This document shows, in pieces, positions 7,990-17,299 of a DNA stretch of 62,891 nt. A program made the translations under genes and the position numbers. The DNA is from Candidatus Omnitrophota bacterium (lineage in GTDB: Bacteria > Omnitrophota > Gorgyraeia > Gygaellales > Profunditerraquicolaceae), in contig JBEKSD010000007.1 in assembly GCA_049517335.1 (NCBI GenBank), positions 1-62,891 on the forward strand, in the 5' to 3' direction. Within the stretch, counting starts at the first letter, position 1. Every line of letters begins with the position of its first letter. The notes below the pieces were generated by a model. That model saw only the letters and a program-made list of their open reading frames with translations, was not told the DNA's origin and did not search any database.

Positions 7990-8665
7990 GGTTATTTTCC
8001 TCCTTATTGTTGGAATCGCCGTCTTTAGCTTTATTTAAGTCAGCTATCTCTTCGCTTATTTCCGCTTTTTCTATACGCTGCAACAAGAGCTTGATACCCT
8101 CTTCTGTCTTAAGGTCTAACGTGTTGGTCTCTCTGGCCACTCTTTCTATCTCTTGAAGGTCATTTTTTAACTGCTCATATGTTTTACTATCACCTCCCTC
8201 GCTATGATGGTAGATATCGCTAATCAGCTCCTGTGGCTTTTGGGGCAAGTATCCCACTGATTGCATTTTTTCCACAAACTCCTTTAAAACGCGCCAGGCC
8301 AAAAACTCCGCCTGAGCTTTTTCTCCGATAGTCGCATCCGGGCTGCGCGCAAGGCGCATGAGGTAGCTATGATGCACCATGGCCTTTTGAGACATATTTG
8401 CTAGAACGCGCTTACTCTGTTTAATATCCAGAGTTAAGGCGTTTCGGTCATCTATCTCCTCTAAATCTCGCCTTACGGTCCTATCGGTTATCTTAAGAAA
8501 CTGTGCGATCTGCGCATGCTGCATGCATCCTTCGCTGTCAAGAAACTCTACGCACGACTGCCTTACTTCCTTGGGTAATGTTTTAGGATTCAAGGTGCCG
8601 TCTTTAATCTGCTGGATAAGAGAAAGAATCGGCTGCTCATCATGGTCATGGTTATCGTCAGGCAT
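7976..8665 (-). CDS. HTH protein, candidate terminase small subunit
   Basis: AQIAQFLKITDRTVRRDLEEI HTH; overlaps both the methylase gene and terL. Confidence 0.5.
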   Translation of the reverse strand: MPDDNHDHDEQPILSLIQQIKDGTLNPKTLPKEVRQSCVEFLDSEGCMQHAQIAQFLKITDRTVRRDLEEIDDRNALTLDIKQSKRVLANMSQKAMVHHSYLMRLARSPDATIGEKAQAEFLAWRVLKEFVEKMQSVGYLPQKPQELISDIYHHSEGGDSKTYEQLKNDLQEIERVARETNTLDLKTEEGIKLLLQRIEKAEISEEIADLNKAKDGDSNNKEENNHEEQ

Positions 8666-9929
8666 GGATACCCTCCTTGAGATATTTGGTTTTTAGCTCT
8701 TCCGAAACTTTATCTACCCCCGCAAAAGCGATATAGCGTTTGACAATCGCATCGCAATACTTGGGTTCGATTTCCATTCCATGACAACATCTGCCTAAAC
8801 TTTCTGCTGCTATCAAGGTTGAACCACTGCCGAGGAATCCGTCAAACACAACGTCGCCTCTTGTTGAGCTGTTCCGGATAGCCCTAGCGGGAATTTCAAC
8901 GCTCTTTTGGGTGGGGTGAATCAGATCTGCGGCTTTATCGCGGTCTATCTCCCATAAATTGCTTTCATTTGTGGGGCCATACCATTTATGCGGAGCATTC
9001 TTAAGCCAGGAGTAAAGACAAAACTCAGTCTGCTGGTTAAAATCCCCGTATGAAATGGCAAAAGTCGGTTTAGCCCAAGTAATTACCGTTGACACGTGGA
9101 ATCCAAGTTCTTTTAGGACCTGGTGGACAAAATAAAACTTAGCATGCCCGTTCCATATGTACGCTGATGCGCCATCTTTTAGAAAGCGTCTTATATTTTT
9201 TAAAACGCTTCCAATCCATTGCTCATATTCCTTCTCATTAAGATCATCCTTGTACAATTTTTCCCAGCGTTTGGATTTTTTAGGCCTAGATTCAAGGTCA
9301 GGTCGATTTTGCGCTAAATAGAAACAGCCGTACGGAGGATCAATATGCACAAGGTCGATTGTTTCGTTCTGCATCAAGATGTCCAGATCGCTTTCGCATG
9401 CCGCATCTGCGCACATAATGCGATGCGCCCCAAGCGCAATCACATCGCCTCGCTTGGTAATCGGCTTATCTATCGAATCAACTACATTCTCAAAGTCAAA
9501 ATCATCCGGGTCTTTTTGCACGCCATACTGATCCAATAGGTGTGATATATCCGAGTTTAAGAAACCGGTAATAGTGACGTCAAAATCAGGCACGCGGGCC
9601 AACTCCTCCAGGAGTACGCTTAATTTCTGCTCGTCCCAATCTCCGGCGATCTTATTCAAGGCAATGTTACAGGCCTTTTCCTTTTCCGGTGAAAAGTCAA
9701 CTATTACAGCCTCAACGCCCAAAATGCCGCGCTCGCGCAGCACCTTAATTCTCTGATGACCCGAAATAATATGCATGCTGCGTTTGTTGACGACGATCGG
9801 CTCGATAAAGCCGAATTCGTCAATGCTGCGGGCGAGTTTTTGGTATTCCGGGTCAGTCGGCTTCAAATCCTTGCGGGGATTGTACGGAGCTTCACAATAG
9901 TCTTTAAGCATGATAATCTGAATATCCAT
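8658..9929 (-). CDS. ParB-N-terminal domain fused to N6A/N4C DNA methyltransferase (phage type)
   Basis: YNPRKDL and IISGHQR (ParB); IDPPYG (motif IV); FDGFLGSGST (motif I). Confidence 0.9.
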   Translation of the reverse strand: MDIQIIMLKDYCEAPYNPRKDLKPTDPEYQKLARSIDEFGFIEPIVVNKRSMHIISGHQRIKVLRERGILGVEAVIVDFSPEKEKACNIALNKIAGDWDEQKLSVLLEELARVPDFDVTITGFLNSDISHLLDQYGVQKDPDDFDFENVVDSIDKPITKRGDVIALGAHRIMCADAACESDLDILMQNETIDLVHIDPPYGCFYLAQNRPDLESRPKKSKRWEKLYKDDLNEKEYEQWIGSVLKNIRRFLKDGASAYIWNGHAKFYFVHQVLKELGFHVSTVITWAKPTFAISYGDFNQQTEFCLYSWLKNAPHKWYGPTNESNLWEIDRDKAADLIHPTQKSVEIPARAIRNSSTRGDVVFDGFLGSGSTLIAAESLGRCCHGMEIEPKYCDAIVKRYIAFAGVDKVSEELKTKYLKEGIHA

Positions 9930-10105
9930 AATTTTCTCCCTTCGCGTTTATTTTCAATAAGTTAAGAAAATAAACATACTTTTTGGTTTAACCGCTTGCA
10001 TAGTAGCTAACTGTCTTGAGATGTCTTACAACAGATGTCCATATAGCCAGCCCTCCCAGTTAAAAGTTGGATATCCCTACCAATAATCCTCTGTACATCT
10101 AGCGT

Positions 10106-10204
10106 TTAGTGAACTGCCGTCTTTAAAACATCTATGCTATTACCCTGATAGAACGCAATATCCTCGTTCTTATAACGAGCATTATTAGAATTCTTAAAAT
10201 CAAC
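10106..10204 (-). pseudogene. Possible DNA-methyltransferase N-terminal fragment
   Basis: Reads VDFKNSNNARYKNEDIAFYQGNSIDVLKTAVH*, similar to the 'Y.GD..EVLK' start of beta-class methylases. No intact start. Confidence 0.25.
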
Positions 10205-10314
10205 ACATCATTTCCTTTCTTTTCTAGGTTCTAACCAATGAAAGCATATCGAATGTTGACAAGATTAAGGATTTATAGCAGAATAGGCGTAGGTTAGAAG
10301 AGACGGAGAATAGA

Positions 10315-11265
10315 ATGACTAAAAATAGCCTTTCTTTCTTTAAAGGTAGGAGGGGGAAGGATTTTAAGAAAAGGTGGCCTCCCAGGCTTAAGCTTTTATT
10401 GGTCTCCCAAGCCTTGGAGGTTACCAAAAAGGAATTGTCAAAATACCCCCGCATCAAACATTATCTTTTTGTCATTACGCCTTACGGATACGCTAAATCC
10501 CCCGAAAAAAAATTAGAGATGATTAAAGGACAGAAGGAAATTGTTGAGAAACGCTATGCAGACTTGATAAATAAACTTTCCAGAAAAGTTGCGGATAGGT
10601 ATATTGGGTGGGATTTCCTAAAATTAGGCTTCAAAGGAAACTGGAGCATGCATCATCGGAAAGATTCTATAAAGCATATAGCAAAGGAATTGGTTAGTGA
10701 AGAAATTAAGATTTTGCGCGGAGAAAAAAGGCAAGACAGGGACATCTATAACGATATAAAAAATAAAAAAAAGCCAAAATATAAGATTGATATAGATTCA
10801 GAGGAACGAAACCAAGCTACCGTAAGGACACCAGATGTAGCTACAGACATTGAAGCCCTTGATAATAGGCTAATATATCAGGAATTAACCGCTGGGTTAT
10901 CGGAAAAAGAAAAAGACACCTTAAACACAGGGGAAACTGGAAAAGATTTTTATGCACTAGTCGCAAAAATAAAAGAAAAGCAAAGCAGACAAATAGAACA
11001 ACTTAGTAAAGAAAGAGGAATCTCTAAAACAGCTAAAACAGAAACCGCCAAGCCCCCTCTATCAAAAGGCATATCTCCCGAAGAGTGTTGCAGTATTATT
11101 AACAACCTCGGTACAGACTGGTTTAAGGGTATGCTCCGGGAGGGATTTGAAAAAATACTGCAACTTAAACCTCCATTATTAAAAAAATCCAAAATTTCTA
11201 CGGCATACCTTTACCTTATCCTGGTTTTAGGTTTACCTATCTTAATAAGGTGGCCAAAAATTTAG
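10315..11265 (+). CDS. Hypothetical basic protein, possibly sigma-factor-like
   Basis: 316-aa ORF with RBS and upstream TTGACA-17-CAGAAT (10256-10284). DIEALDNRLIYQELTAGLSEKEK recalls the entry into sigma region 4. Confidence 0.55.
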   Translation: MTKNSLSFFKGRRGKDFKKRWPPRLKLLLVSQALEVTKKELSKYPRIKHYLFVITPYGYAKSPEKKLEMIKGQKEIVEKRYADLINKLSRKVADRYIGWDFLKLGFKGNWSMHHRKDSIKHIAKELVSEEIKILRGEKRQDRDIYNDIKNKKKPKYKIDIDSEERNQATVRTPDVATDIEALDNRLIYQELTAGLSEKEKDTLNTGETGKDFYALVAKIKEKQSRQIEQLSKERGISKTAKTETAKPPLSKGISPEECCSIINNLGTDWFKGMLREGFEKILQLKPPLLKKSKISTAYLYLILVLGLPILIRWPKI

Positions 11266-11732
11266 ATATTAAGCCTGAAAAGCTAAAAGTTTTCTTTGAC
11301 AAAATAAAATTTCCCTATATCTATCCCCTTCCAAATATAAGGCAAGATAAAAAGAAACTTTACCTTATAGACGAAGACAAATTGGATGTCTATCTTCCCT
11401 ATCCAACCATTCAGGCTTATTTTTACATGGAAAAAAATTACAAAACCTGGAGAAAGGAATTAGGCTGCGGTTTTACAAGGGCGAGGGCATCCCATTTTAT
11501 GGAAAGAAAGATAAAAAGAATGAGGGTTCCATATTACTATTTTGATTTGGTTGAACCCAAGGATGAATGTGTTTCTTATGTTCTTGATAAGAAAAGCCAT
11601 CCTCTAACGGACTTACCAAAAGGAACGGAAATGTTGGAAAATTATTATAGAAATTACAGATGGCCTCCTTTAACCCATAAGCAACTAGTAAAAGCACTAA
11701 AAATCAGATTCTCGTTACAATTAAAGCTATAA
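11250..11732 (+). CDS. Hypothetical protein
   Basis: 160-aa ORF, GTG start, overlapping the upstream ORF by 16 nt. Confidence 0.55.
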   Translation: MAKNLDIKPEKLKVFFDKIKFPYIYPLPNIRQDKKKLYLIDEDKLDVYLPYPTIQAYFYMEKNYKTWRKELGCGFTRARASHFMERKIKRMRVPYYYFDLVEPKDECVSYVLDKKSHPLTDLPKGTEMLENYYRNYRWPPLTHKQLVKALKIRFSLQLKL

Positions 11733-11745
11733 TCTTCATGTTTAA

Positions 11746-11774
11746 AAAGTACCCAAAATATTGTGGGTAACTTT
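11746..11774. terminator. Probable bidirectional terminator between convergent genes
   Basis: aaagtaccca ... tgggtaacttt imperfect inverted repeat. Confidence 0.45.
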
Positions 11775-11783
11775 ATTCAAATA

Positions 11784-14198
11784 TTAGGATGCAAAAACCG
11801 CTGTTGACGTTCCTCCCTCAGACTCTTCGGCAATTAGGACATGCTGCATAGAGTCCTTCAAGTCTTCATGGTGTGTAATCAAAAAAATCTGCCGAAATTG
11901 TCCCGATAGATTATTGAGAGCTTTTAGAATGTTTTCCTTGCGACCTGCATCCTGACTTCCAAATATTTCATCCAGTGCGATAAAATTAATCCCTGTCCTA
12001 CTATTCTGTTCACTGATAATTTGTGAAATAGCAATACGTAGGCACAAATTCACTAGATCCTGTTCCCCACCTGAGAATCTCTTCACCGGGAAGCTTTCAG
12101 TGCCATCATAGACAAAAACATTGTATTCCTCATCAAGGTCAATGGCTGGATATCGACCATCTGTGGTGCCAGCTACAAGTTGACTCGTCCGAGCAATAAG
12201 CATGGGCCTTATTCTGCTTGCTAAATTTTGCCGGAACTTATCCATAAGTTCATCCAAAACGGTTAGCTTTTTCGCATCACTATCAGCCGCTTTCCATTTT
12301 TTCTGAATTTCCTTCTGGCTCTTAAGAGCTTCTTCTTTTTGGATAATCTGAGCCTGCATCAACTCGATTTGATGTATTATATCATTAATAGCAATCTCCT
12401 GCCTGTGAGCTTTGTCTTGTATGCTATCATAATTCTTCTCGGCGGCAGCTAATTCTATATCACTGAATCCGATGCTTTTTTGCTCTTTTTCTTTTAACGT
12501 TTTTTCCTTATTAAGTTCTGCTGCTTGTTCATCGAGTGTTTTGATTTCTTTTATAAGAATCGAGATTCTTGCTGTTTTTGTCCGTAATTCCATAATTTGC
12601 TCGTGAATCTTCAATAGTTCCTTATTTTTCTTTTTTAATTCTTCGTACCGAGTTTCTGAAAATTGCAAGTTACCGATTTCGGTAATTCGCGCCTTTTTCT
12701 TCTTGACACTTTCGGTAAGCGCTAAAAGGCGTTTTTCTTTCACATCAAGTTCGCTCTTGATACCCGATTCCTTTTTTTCATCTTCACGAAGCTCTTCCAG
12801 CCGGGCTTCAATATCTTCTACGCGGTTCTCCGTACCATCTACCTTTATCTTCAGTTCCTTACTTTCGGCACTCATATCCTTGATGCTCTGCTGCTTTTTT
12901 GTAATTTCCTTACTAAAATGCTCTAATATGCTTTCGTAATTAGCTCCCAGGTCCTGTGAACATTCAGAGCACTTGCTATTAGGACCAAGCTTTTTAATAT
13001 TCTCCTTTTTTTCTTCTAATTGAGCAATAGAATCACGACAGGCCTCGATTTTTACGGATAATGTATTGAGATCTTTGGATATACGTTTGAAGATAGAACT
13101 TTCATTTTTCAATTCAAGCTGTAATTTTTCCTTCTTCGCCACCAATCCTCTATAACTGGATAAACTATCAATTAATAGCTTTCTTTCTTGAACAACCTCA
13201 GCTTGGTCATCCAACCGCTCGTTGAGATCTTTCTCTAGATTTTTCTTTTCCTCATACAGGCTCCTCATCGCTTCAAGTTTTTCCAATGTTTCCTTGGCAG
13301 AAAAATATTCGGCATCCTTAGGCCCTATTTTGACTAGCTCCTTTTTTTTAGTTTGGAGCTCATCGAGCTCTTCCGTGTATTTTTTTATTTGTTCTGACTT
13401 TCCTTGAATCTCTTTCTCAAAGCGTATAATACTAGTATGGATCTGCTGAAAGCCTTTCCTTTTGGATTCCAATTCCTGTTTTTTAGCCTTGGCGGACTTA
13501 AGCTCGATCTTAATACTTTCAAACTTTTTCTCGTTCGTTACCTGTTGCTCAACCGTCGCACTCTTTTTCTTTGAAAGTTCGTCTATTTCTCCGATAATCG
13601 CAGTTTCATCCATTATCATCTCTTTAAGGCTCTCGGCCATCTGTTGTTTAATACGACGGTTCTGCCTTATTTCCTTAAGCGCTAAATCAATCAGATCGAT
13701 CCTCAGTAAGCGCCGTATTATCTGCTGTCGTTCGGCCGGATTTTGGGAAGTCAACAGATCTAATTCTTTTTGCCGTGCAAACACGGACGCGAAAAATGTT
13801 GCACGATCCATTCCGAAAAGTTTTGAAATATAAGCGTTAACACCATCTTCCCGTTCTGCGACTGCCTGCTCTTTACCATTTTTATAAACAAATGCCTGGG
13901 CTATAGCCCGCTTACCCTGCAGTCGCCTAACAACTTTATAAGTGTCTCCTGCCATTTCAAATTCAAGCGTCACTTCGCAGTTTGCATCAATGTCAGCTCC
14001 CTGTGTCCTTACTCCTTCTTTATCGGTTCTTCCCGTTAACGCATATGTTCCATAAAGCGCCCATCCCACGGCTTCAAGAATGGTCGACTTACCCGATCCA
14101 TTCTCTCCGATAATACCGATAAGCCCTGCAGGAAGATCTGTAAGGTCAAGCTGTTTGAATCTGCGAAAATTAGTTAGAGTAAGGCGCCGAATTATCAC
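11784..14198 (-). CDS. sbcC: SbcC/Rad50-like SMC ATPase
   Basis: GENGSGKST, long coiled coil with central CSEC zinc hook, FSGGE, IALDE, ITHH. GTG start overlaps the sbcD stop. Confidence 0.9.
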   Translation of the reverse strand: MIIRRLTLTNFRRFKQLDLTDLPAGLIGIIGENGSGKSTILEAVGWALYGTYALTGRTDKEGVRTQGADIDANCEVTLEFEMAGDTYKVVRRLQGKRAIAQAFVYKNGKEQAVAEREDGVNAYISKLFGMDRATFFASVFARQKELDLLTSQNPAERQQIIRRLLRIDLIDLALKEIRQNRRIKQQMAESLKEMIMDETAIIGEIDELSKKKSATVEQQVTNEKKFESIKIELKSAKAKKQELESKRKGFQQIHTSIIRFEKEIQGKSEQIKKYTEELDELQTKKKELVKIGPKDAEYFSAKETLEKLEAMRSLYEEKKNLEKDLNERLDDQAEVVQERKLLIDSLSSYRGLVAKKEKLQLELKNESSIFKRISKDLNTLSVKIEACRDSIAQLEEKKENIKKLGPNSKCSECSQDLGANYESILEHFSKEITKKQQSIKDMSAESKELKIKVDGTENRVEDIEARLEELREDEKKESGIKSELDVKEKRLLALTESVKKKKARITEIGNLQFSETRYEELKKKNKELLKIHEQIMELRTKTARISILIKEIKTLDEQAAELNKEKTLKEKEQKSIGFSDIELAAAEKNYDSIQDKAHRQEIAINDIIHQIELMQAQIIQKEEALKSQKEIQKKWKAADSDAKKLTVLDELMDKFRQNLASRIRPMLIARTSQLVAGTTDGRYPAIDLDEEYNVFVYDGTESFPVKRFSGGEQDLVNLCLRIAISQIISEQNSRTGINFIALDEIFGSQDAGRKENILKALNNLSGQFRQIFLITHHEDLKDSMQHVLIAEESEGGTSTAVFAS

Positions 14199-15334
14199 GA
14201 TTGTTCCTTTTCTTGGGCCTGGTTAATATAGCGCGTTCCAAGATTGACAAGCTCCTTTTTATCATTATCTGACATTTTAATATCTGCTAAAAATCGTTCG
14301 AATTCAAGCGGAAGAGCATCTATGGCTTTATCAACTATGACATCACCGTCTTTTTCCTGCACTAATTCCGGGTGAATATCAACGTGGAAGGCTTCAACAA
14401 ACAGCTCGCGTATACGCTTAAGATCCAACTGGACATAAGTTGACCTCGTCAGATTTTCCAGTTTTAACTGTATTATCCTTCCATCAATCTTGTTTTTAGT
14501 CTTTAATTCGCTTATCATATCTAGGACTTCGGAGGCATCTTTACCGGCGCAATTTACCGGCCCCAACCTTAACATCTCCCGAACTTCTATCGGAATAAAT
14601 TCCGCTTTATGCTCAGCTAAATCAGCAAAAACTATGCCTTTAGGATAGCCTATTTCACGAAAACTGAATCTTTCCGTAGAGCCGCTATAGTAAGCATTAG
14701 GAATGTTCTTAATTTCTAGAAAGCGATGCCAATGCCCAAGAGAGACATAATCGAAGTCCTTAAACCTGAGAAATACTTTCCCGGGAATGATCAGTTCGTT
14801 AAATTCCCCCATCTTATAAACGTCATCTAAGGTTATGCCGGCATGAAGGCCTAAAATGTTAAATTTGGCCTTTGAATCCAATTTTACTTTTTCAAGTTCC
14901 GCGCAAAGCTCTGCATCAGAGGAAGTATGGGGTACAATATGGATGGCGGCATCCCCGATTCTTATTTTCTCATATTGTTTTTTGTAAACCGGATATATGT
15001 TCGGAAGTATTGTCAGCGCTTCAAAAATTGACCCAGAGGAAGCAACTCGAGGAGTTGAGTGATTTCCAGAAATAAGGATGGTGGGAATCCCGGCAGTTGA
15101 TAGTCGTTGTAACTCGGATAGGGCAATATGAATAGCCCGGTTGCTTGGGCGAGGACTATCGAAAAGATCCCCAGCATGTATTACAAGATCAGGCTTTTTC
15201 TTCAGAATAAAATCTATGGCTTGTTTAAAAGCCGCGTTTACGTCTAGCTCTCGCTGATTAATTCCTGATACTGCGTCAATCTTTGAATATTCGCCATAGC
15301 CGAGATGCGTATCAGAAAAGTGAATTAGCTTCAT
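14195..15334 (-). CDS. sbcD: SbcD/Mre11 metallophosphoesterase nuclease
   Basis: HFSDTHLG, HAGDLFD, SGNHS, LGHWH. ATG at 15334. Confidence 0.9.
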   Translation of the reverse strand: MKLIHFSDTHLGYGEYSKIDAVSGINQRELDVNAAFKQAIDFILKKKPDLVIHAGDLFDSPRPSNRAIHIALSELQRLSTAGIPTILISGNHSTPRVASSGSIFEALTILPNIYPVYKKQYEKIRIGDAAIHIVPHTSSDAELCAELEKVKLDSKAKFNILGLHAGITLDDVYKMGEFNELIIPGKVFLRFKDFDYVSLGHWHRFLEIKNIPNAYYSGSTERFSFREIGYPKGIVFADLAEHKAEFIPIEVREMLRLGPVNCAGKDASEVLDMISELKTKNKIDGRIIQLKLENLTRSTYVQLDLKRIRELFVEAFHVDIHPELVQEKDGDVIVDKAIDALPLEFERFLADIKMSDNDKKELVNLGTRYINQAQEKEQS

Positions 15335-15413
15335 AAACAAATAATTCTATTTGTGGATAAACAATAATGCGCGCTCCGAGTCTAAAAATAACTCCAATTT
15401 TTAACGGGATAAT

Positions 15414-16271
15414 TTAATTGCCATTTTTTGCTATACATTTTCCGAAAGAATTAATATTATTCTTCGCTATTCTGCAAACTTTTTTATTAATATCTATCCC
15501 TATATATTGACGACCTATCTGTATAGAAGCTATTGCAGTTGTTCCAGAACCCATAAAAGGATCAAGCACTATATCCCCTTTTTTTGTAAATAGCTTGATA
15601 AACCACTTTGGCAAATTGATAGGGAATGTAGCACTATGATTCCTATATGCACATTCAGTTGCTAAATGTAATACATTAGTCGGATATACTTTTCTTCTCC
15701 CAACCCAATTTGATACTTTTCTTCCAAAGCCACTTTTGGATTTTGAACTTATTCTTTTGCCATCGTCTTCACTCATGTTTTTAAGCCTAGTCTCTGCCCA
15801 CTTTCCTATCGGAACCTTCACTGCATCTTGGTACATTTTAAATTTCTTTCTTTTGTTAAACTGCAAACATCTTTCCCATGCATCCCTCAAACGATTAGGC
15901 CATTTTCCGGGGAAACTATTCTTTTTATGCCATATAAATTCTTCTGTCCATAACCATCCCTGTTTTTTCATTCCAGATATTAAATCAATAACATACGTAT
16001 GACGCTCTCCATTGACTACTTTCTCTTTGATATTCAAGACTAAAGTGCCTGTGGACTTTAAAACCCTAAAACACTCAGCCATTCTCGGCAATAACCATTC
16101 TGCATATTGGTCTGGATGGATTCCTCCGTAATCATCTTTACGGCTATCTGCATAAGGAGGTGATGTGACTATTAAATCGATACAATTATCTGGTAAGTCA
16201 CTTAAAACATCAAGACAATCACCATAAGCTATTTTATTTACACTTTCTCTTAATCGACCTTTAATCTTCAT
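15414..16271 (-). CDS. Beta-class N4C/N6A DNA methyltransferase
   Basis: IVTSPPY (motif IV) N-terminal; HSATFP; DPFMGSGTT (motif I) C-terminal. Confidence 0.9.
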   Translation of the reverse strand: MKIKGRLRESVNKIAYGDCLDVLSDLPDNCIDLIVTSPPYADSRKDDYGGIHPDQYAEWLLPRMAECFRVLKSTGTLVLNIKEKVVNGERHTYVIDLISGMKKQGWLWTEEFIWHKKNSFPGKWPNRLRDAWERCLQFNKRKKFKMYQDAVKVPIGKWAETRLKNMSEDDGKRISSKSKSGFGRKVSNWVGRRKVYPTNVLHLATECAYRNHSATFPINLPKWFIKLFTKKGDIVLDPFMGSGTTAIASIQIGRQYIGIDINKKVCRIAKNNINSFGKCIAKNGN

Positions 16272-16278
16272 ATTTGAG

Positions 16279-16287
16279 AGTATAGCA
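16279..16287 (-). promoter_or_regulatory. Extended -10 promoter giving a probably leaderless methyltransferase mRNA
   Basis: TGcTATACT, then 7 nt, then ATG; no SD sequence. Confidence 0.6.
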
Positions 16288-16312
16288 AATTATAGTTCCT
16301 TGGTCCAGCAAT

Positions 16313-17299
16313 TTAATTAGTAATCCAGTGAGGAGACTTCAAATAAAAACACAATACTTCTTGCGTACTTTCCCATACCTTTTTGTTCTTATAAATATTA
16401 ACAAATGGATCCCTGATTATTTTTAGGTTTTCAATATTAAATTCTTTCCTGCCGCTATGTGGTAATAAATATAAATAATACTGCTCGCGAAGAAACTTTG
16501 CTTTTTCTATTTCATTGCGCGTCCAGTTGAATTTATGCTCAAGTGCTGCAACCGCCTTAACTTCAATATATCTTTCTAAGGACGAGCTTTCATCAAAGCT
16601 AATTATATCGTAACCAGCAGATACATCTTTTGGGGATATATATTTGATTTTCTTAACTAAAGCTGGAAATTTAGCCAATCTCTTTCTTTCATATTTAAGT
16701 ACTTCTAATTCGGCAACCCTACCTATTTCTTCATCGGCCTTTTTGTTTTTCAAAAACTCTTCTAGTGTAATTTTTCTTTTATTTTTTATCAGTGTAGGTT
16801 TTTGATATTCATTTAAAAGAATGTAGTTTTTCTGGTCTAGAGATAATTTAATAATTCCTAGCTCCATAAGGAAATTTCTCGGGCCGCTAGATTTATATCT
16901 CTGAGATGGTGCCGGCTTGAATGAATACTCTCCATCCTTTAATTTAAAATTTGCCAAGAAATCGTAGAGGGATTTACAAACTAATAATTTCTTATTTAAT
17001 ATGATGTTAATTAAGAATTCTTTTATCTTCTGCTCTGGATTATTGATATCTTTTATCTTTAACAATAAAATTTTAAAACTCGGTAATAACTGGATATTAC
17101 CTTGATTATTAAAAATTAACCCAAGGTCTCTTAAGAAATCTACGGTTTCTTTAAAATACACGGACTTAGTTAAGAATCGTTTTCGCAGGAACTCTTCGTT
17201 CAAAAGAGACGAAGCATTGATGATTTCGCAAATAATGAATATCTGCTTCAAGGAAATCTTTTCAAAAGATATTTTATCTTTTATTAAATAATCTTTCAT
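16313..17299 (-). CDS. DUF3883 (NOV_C) PD-(D/E)xK nuclease with N-terminal domain
   Basis: IGRVAELEVLKYE...AGYDIISF...YIEVKA...TRNE...YYLYLL. Start uncertain (17299, 17308 or 17362). Confidence 0.85.
   Translation of the reverse strand: MKDYLIKDKISFEKISLKQIFIICEIINASSLLNEEFLRKRFLTKSVYFKETVDFLRDLGLIFNNQGNIQLLPSFKILLLKIKDINNPEQKIKEFLINIILNKKLLVCKSLYDFLANFKLKDGEYSFKPAPSQRYKSSGPRNFLMELGIIKLSLDQKNYILLNEYQKPTLIKNKRKITLEEFLKNKKADEEIGRVAELEVLKYERKRLAKFPALVKKIKYISPKDVSAGYDIISFDESSSLERYIEVKAVAALEHKFNWTRNEIEKAKFLREQYYLYLLPHSGRKEFNIENLKIIRDPFVNIYKNKKVWESTQEVLCFYLKSPHWITN

Noticed and set aside
11784-15334. Lamassu, Wadjet or Gabija assignment
   Set aside because: The partner is a full Mre11-type phosphoesterase and the ATPase has a Rad50 zinc hook. 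No kleisin/KITE, LmuA-type effector or OLD/UvrD pair is present.
15352-15360. Perfect DnaA box upstream of sbcD
   Set aside because: A single 9-mer in AT-rich DNA is expected by chance in a window this size, and there are no neighbouring boxes.
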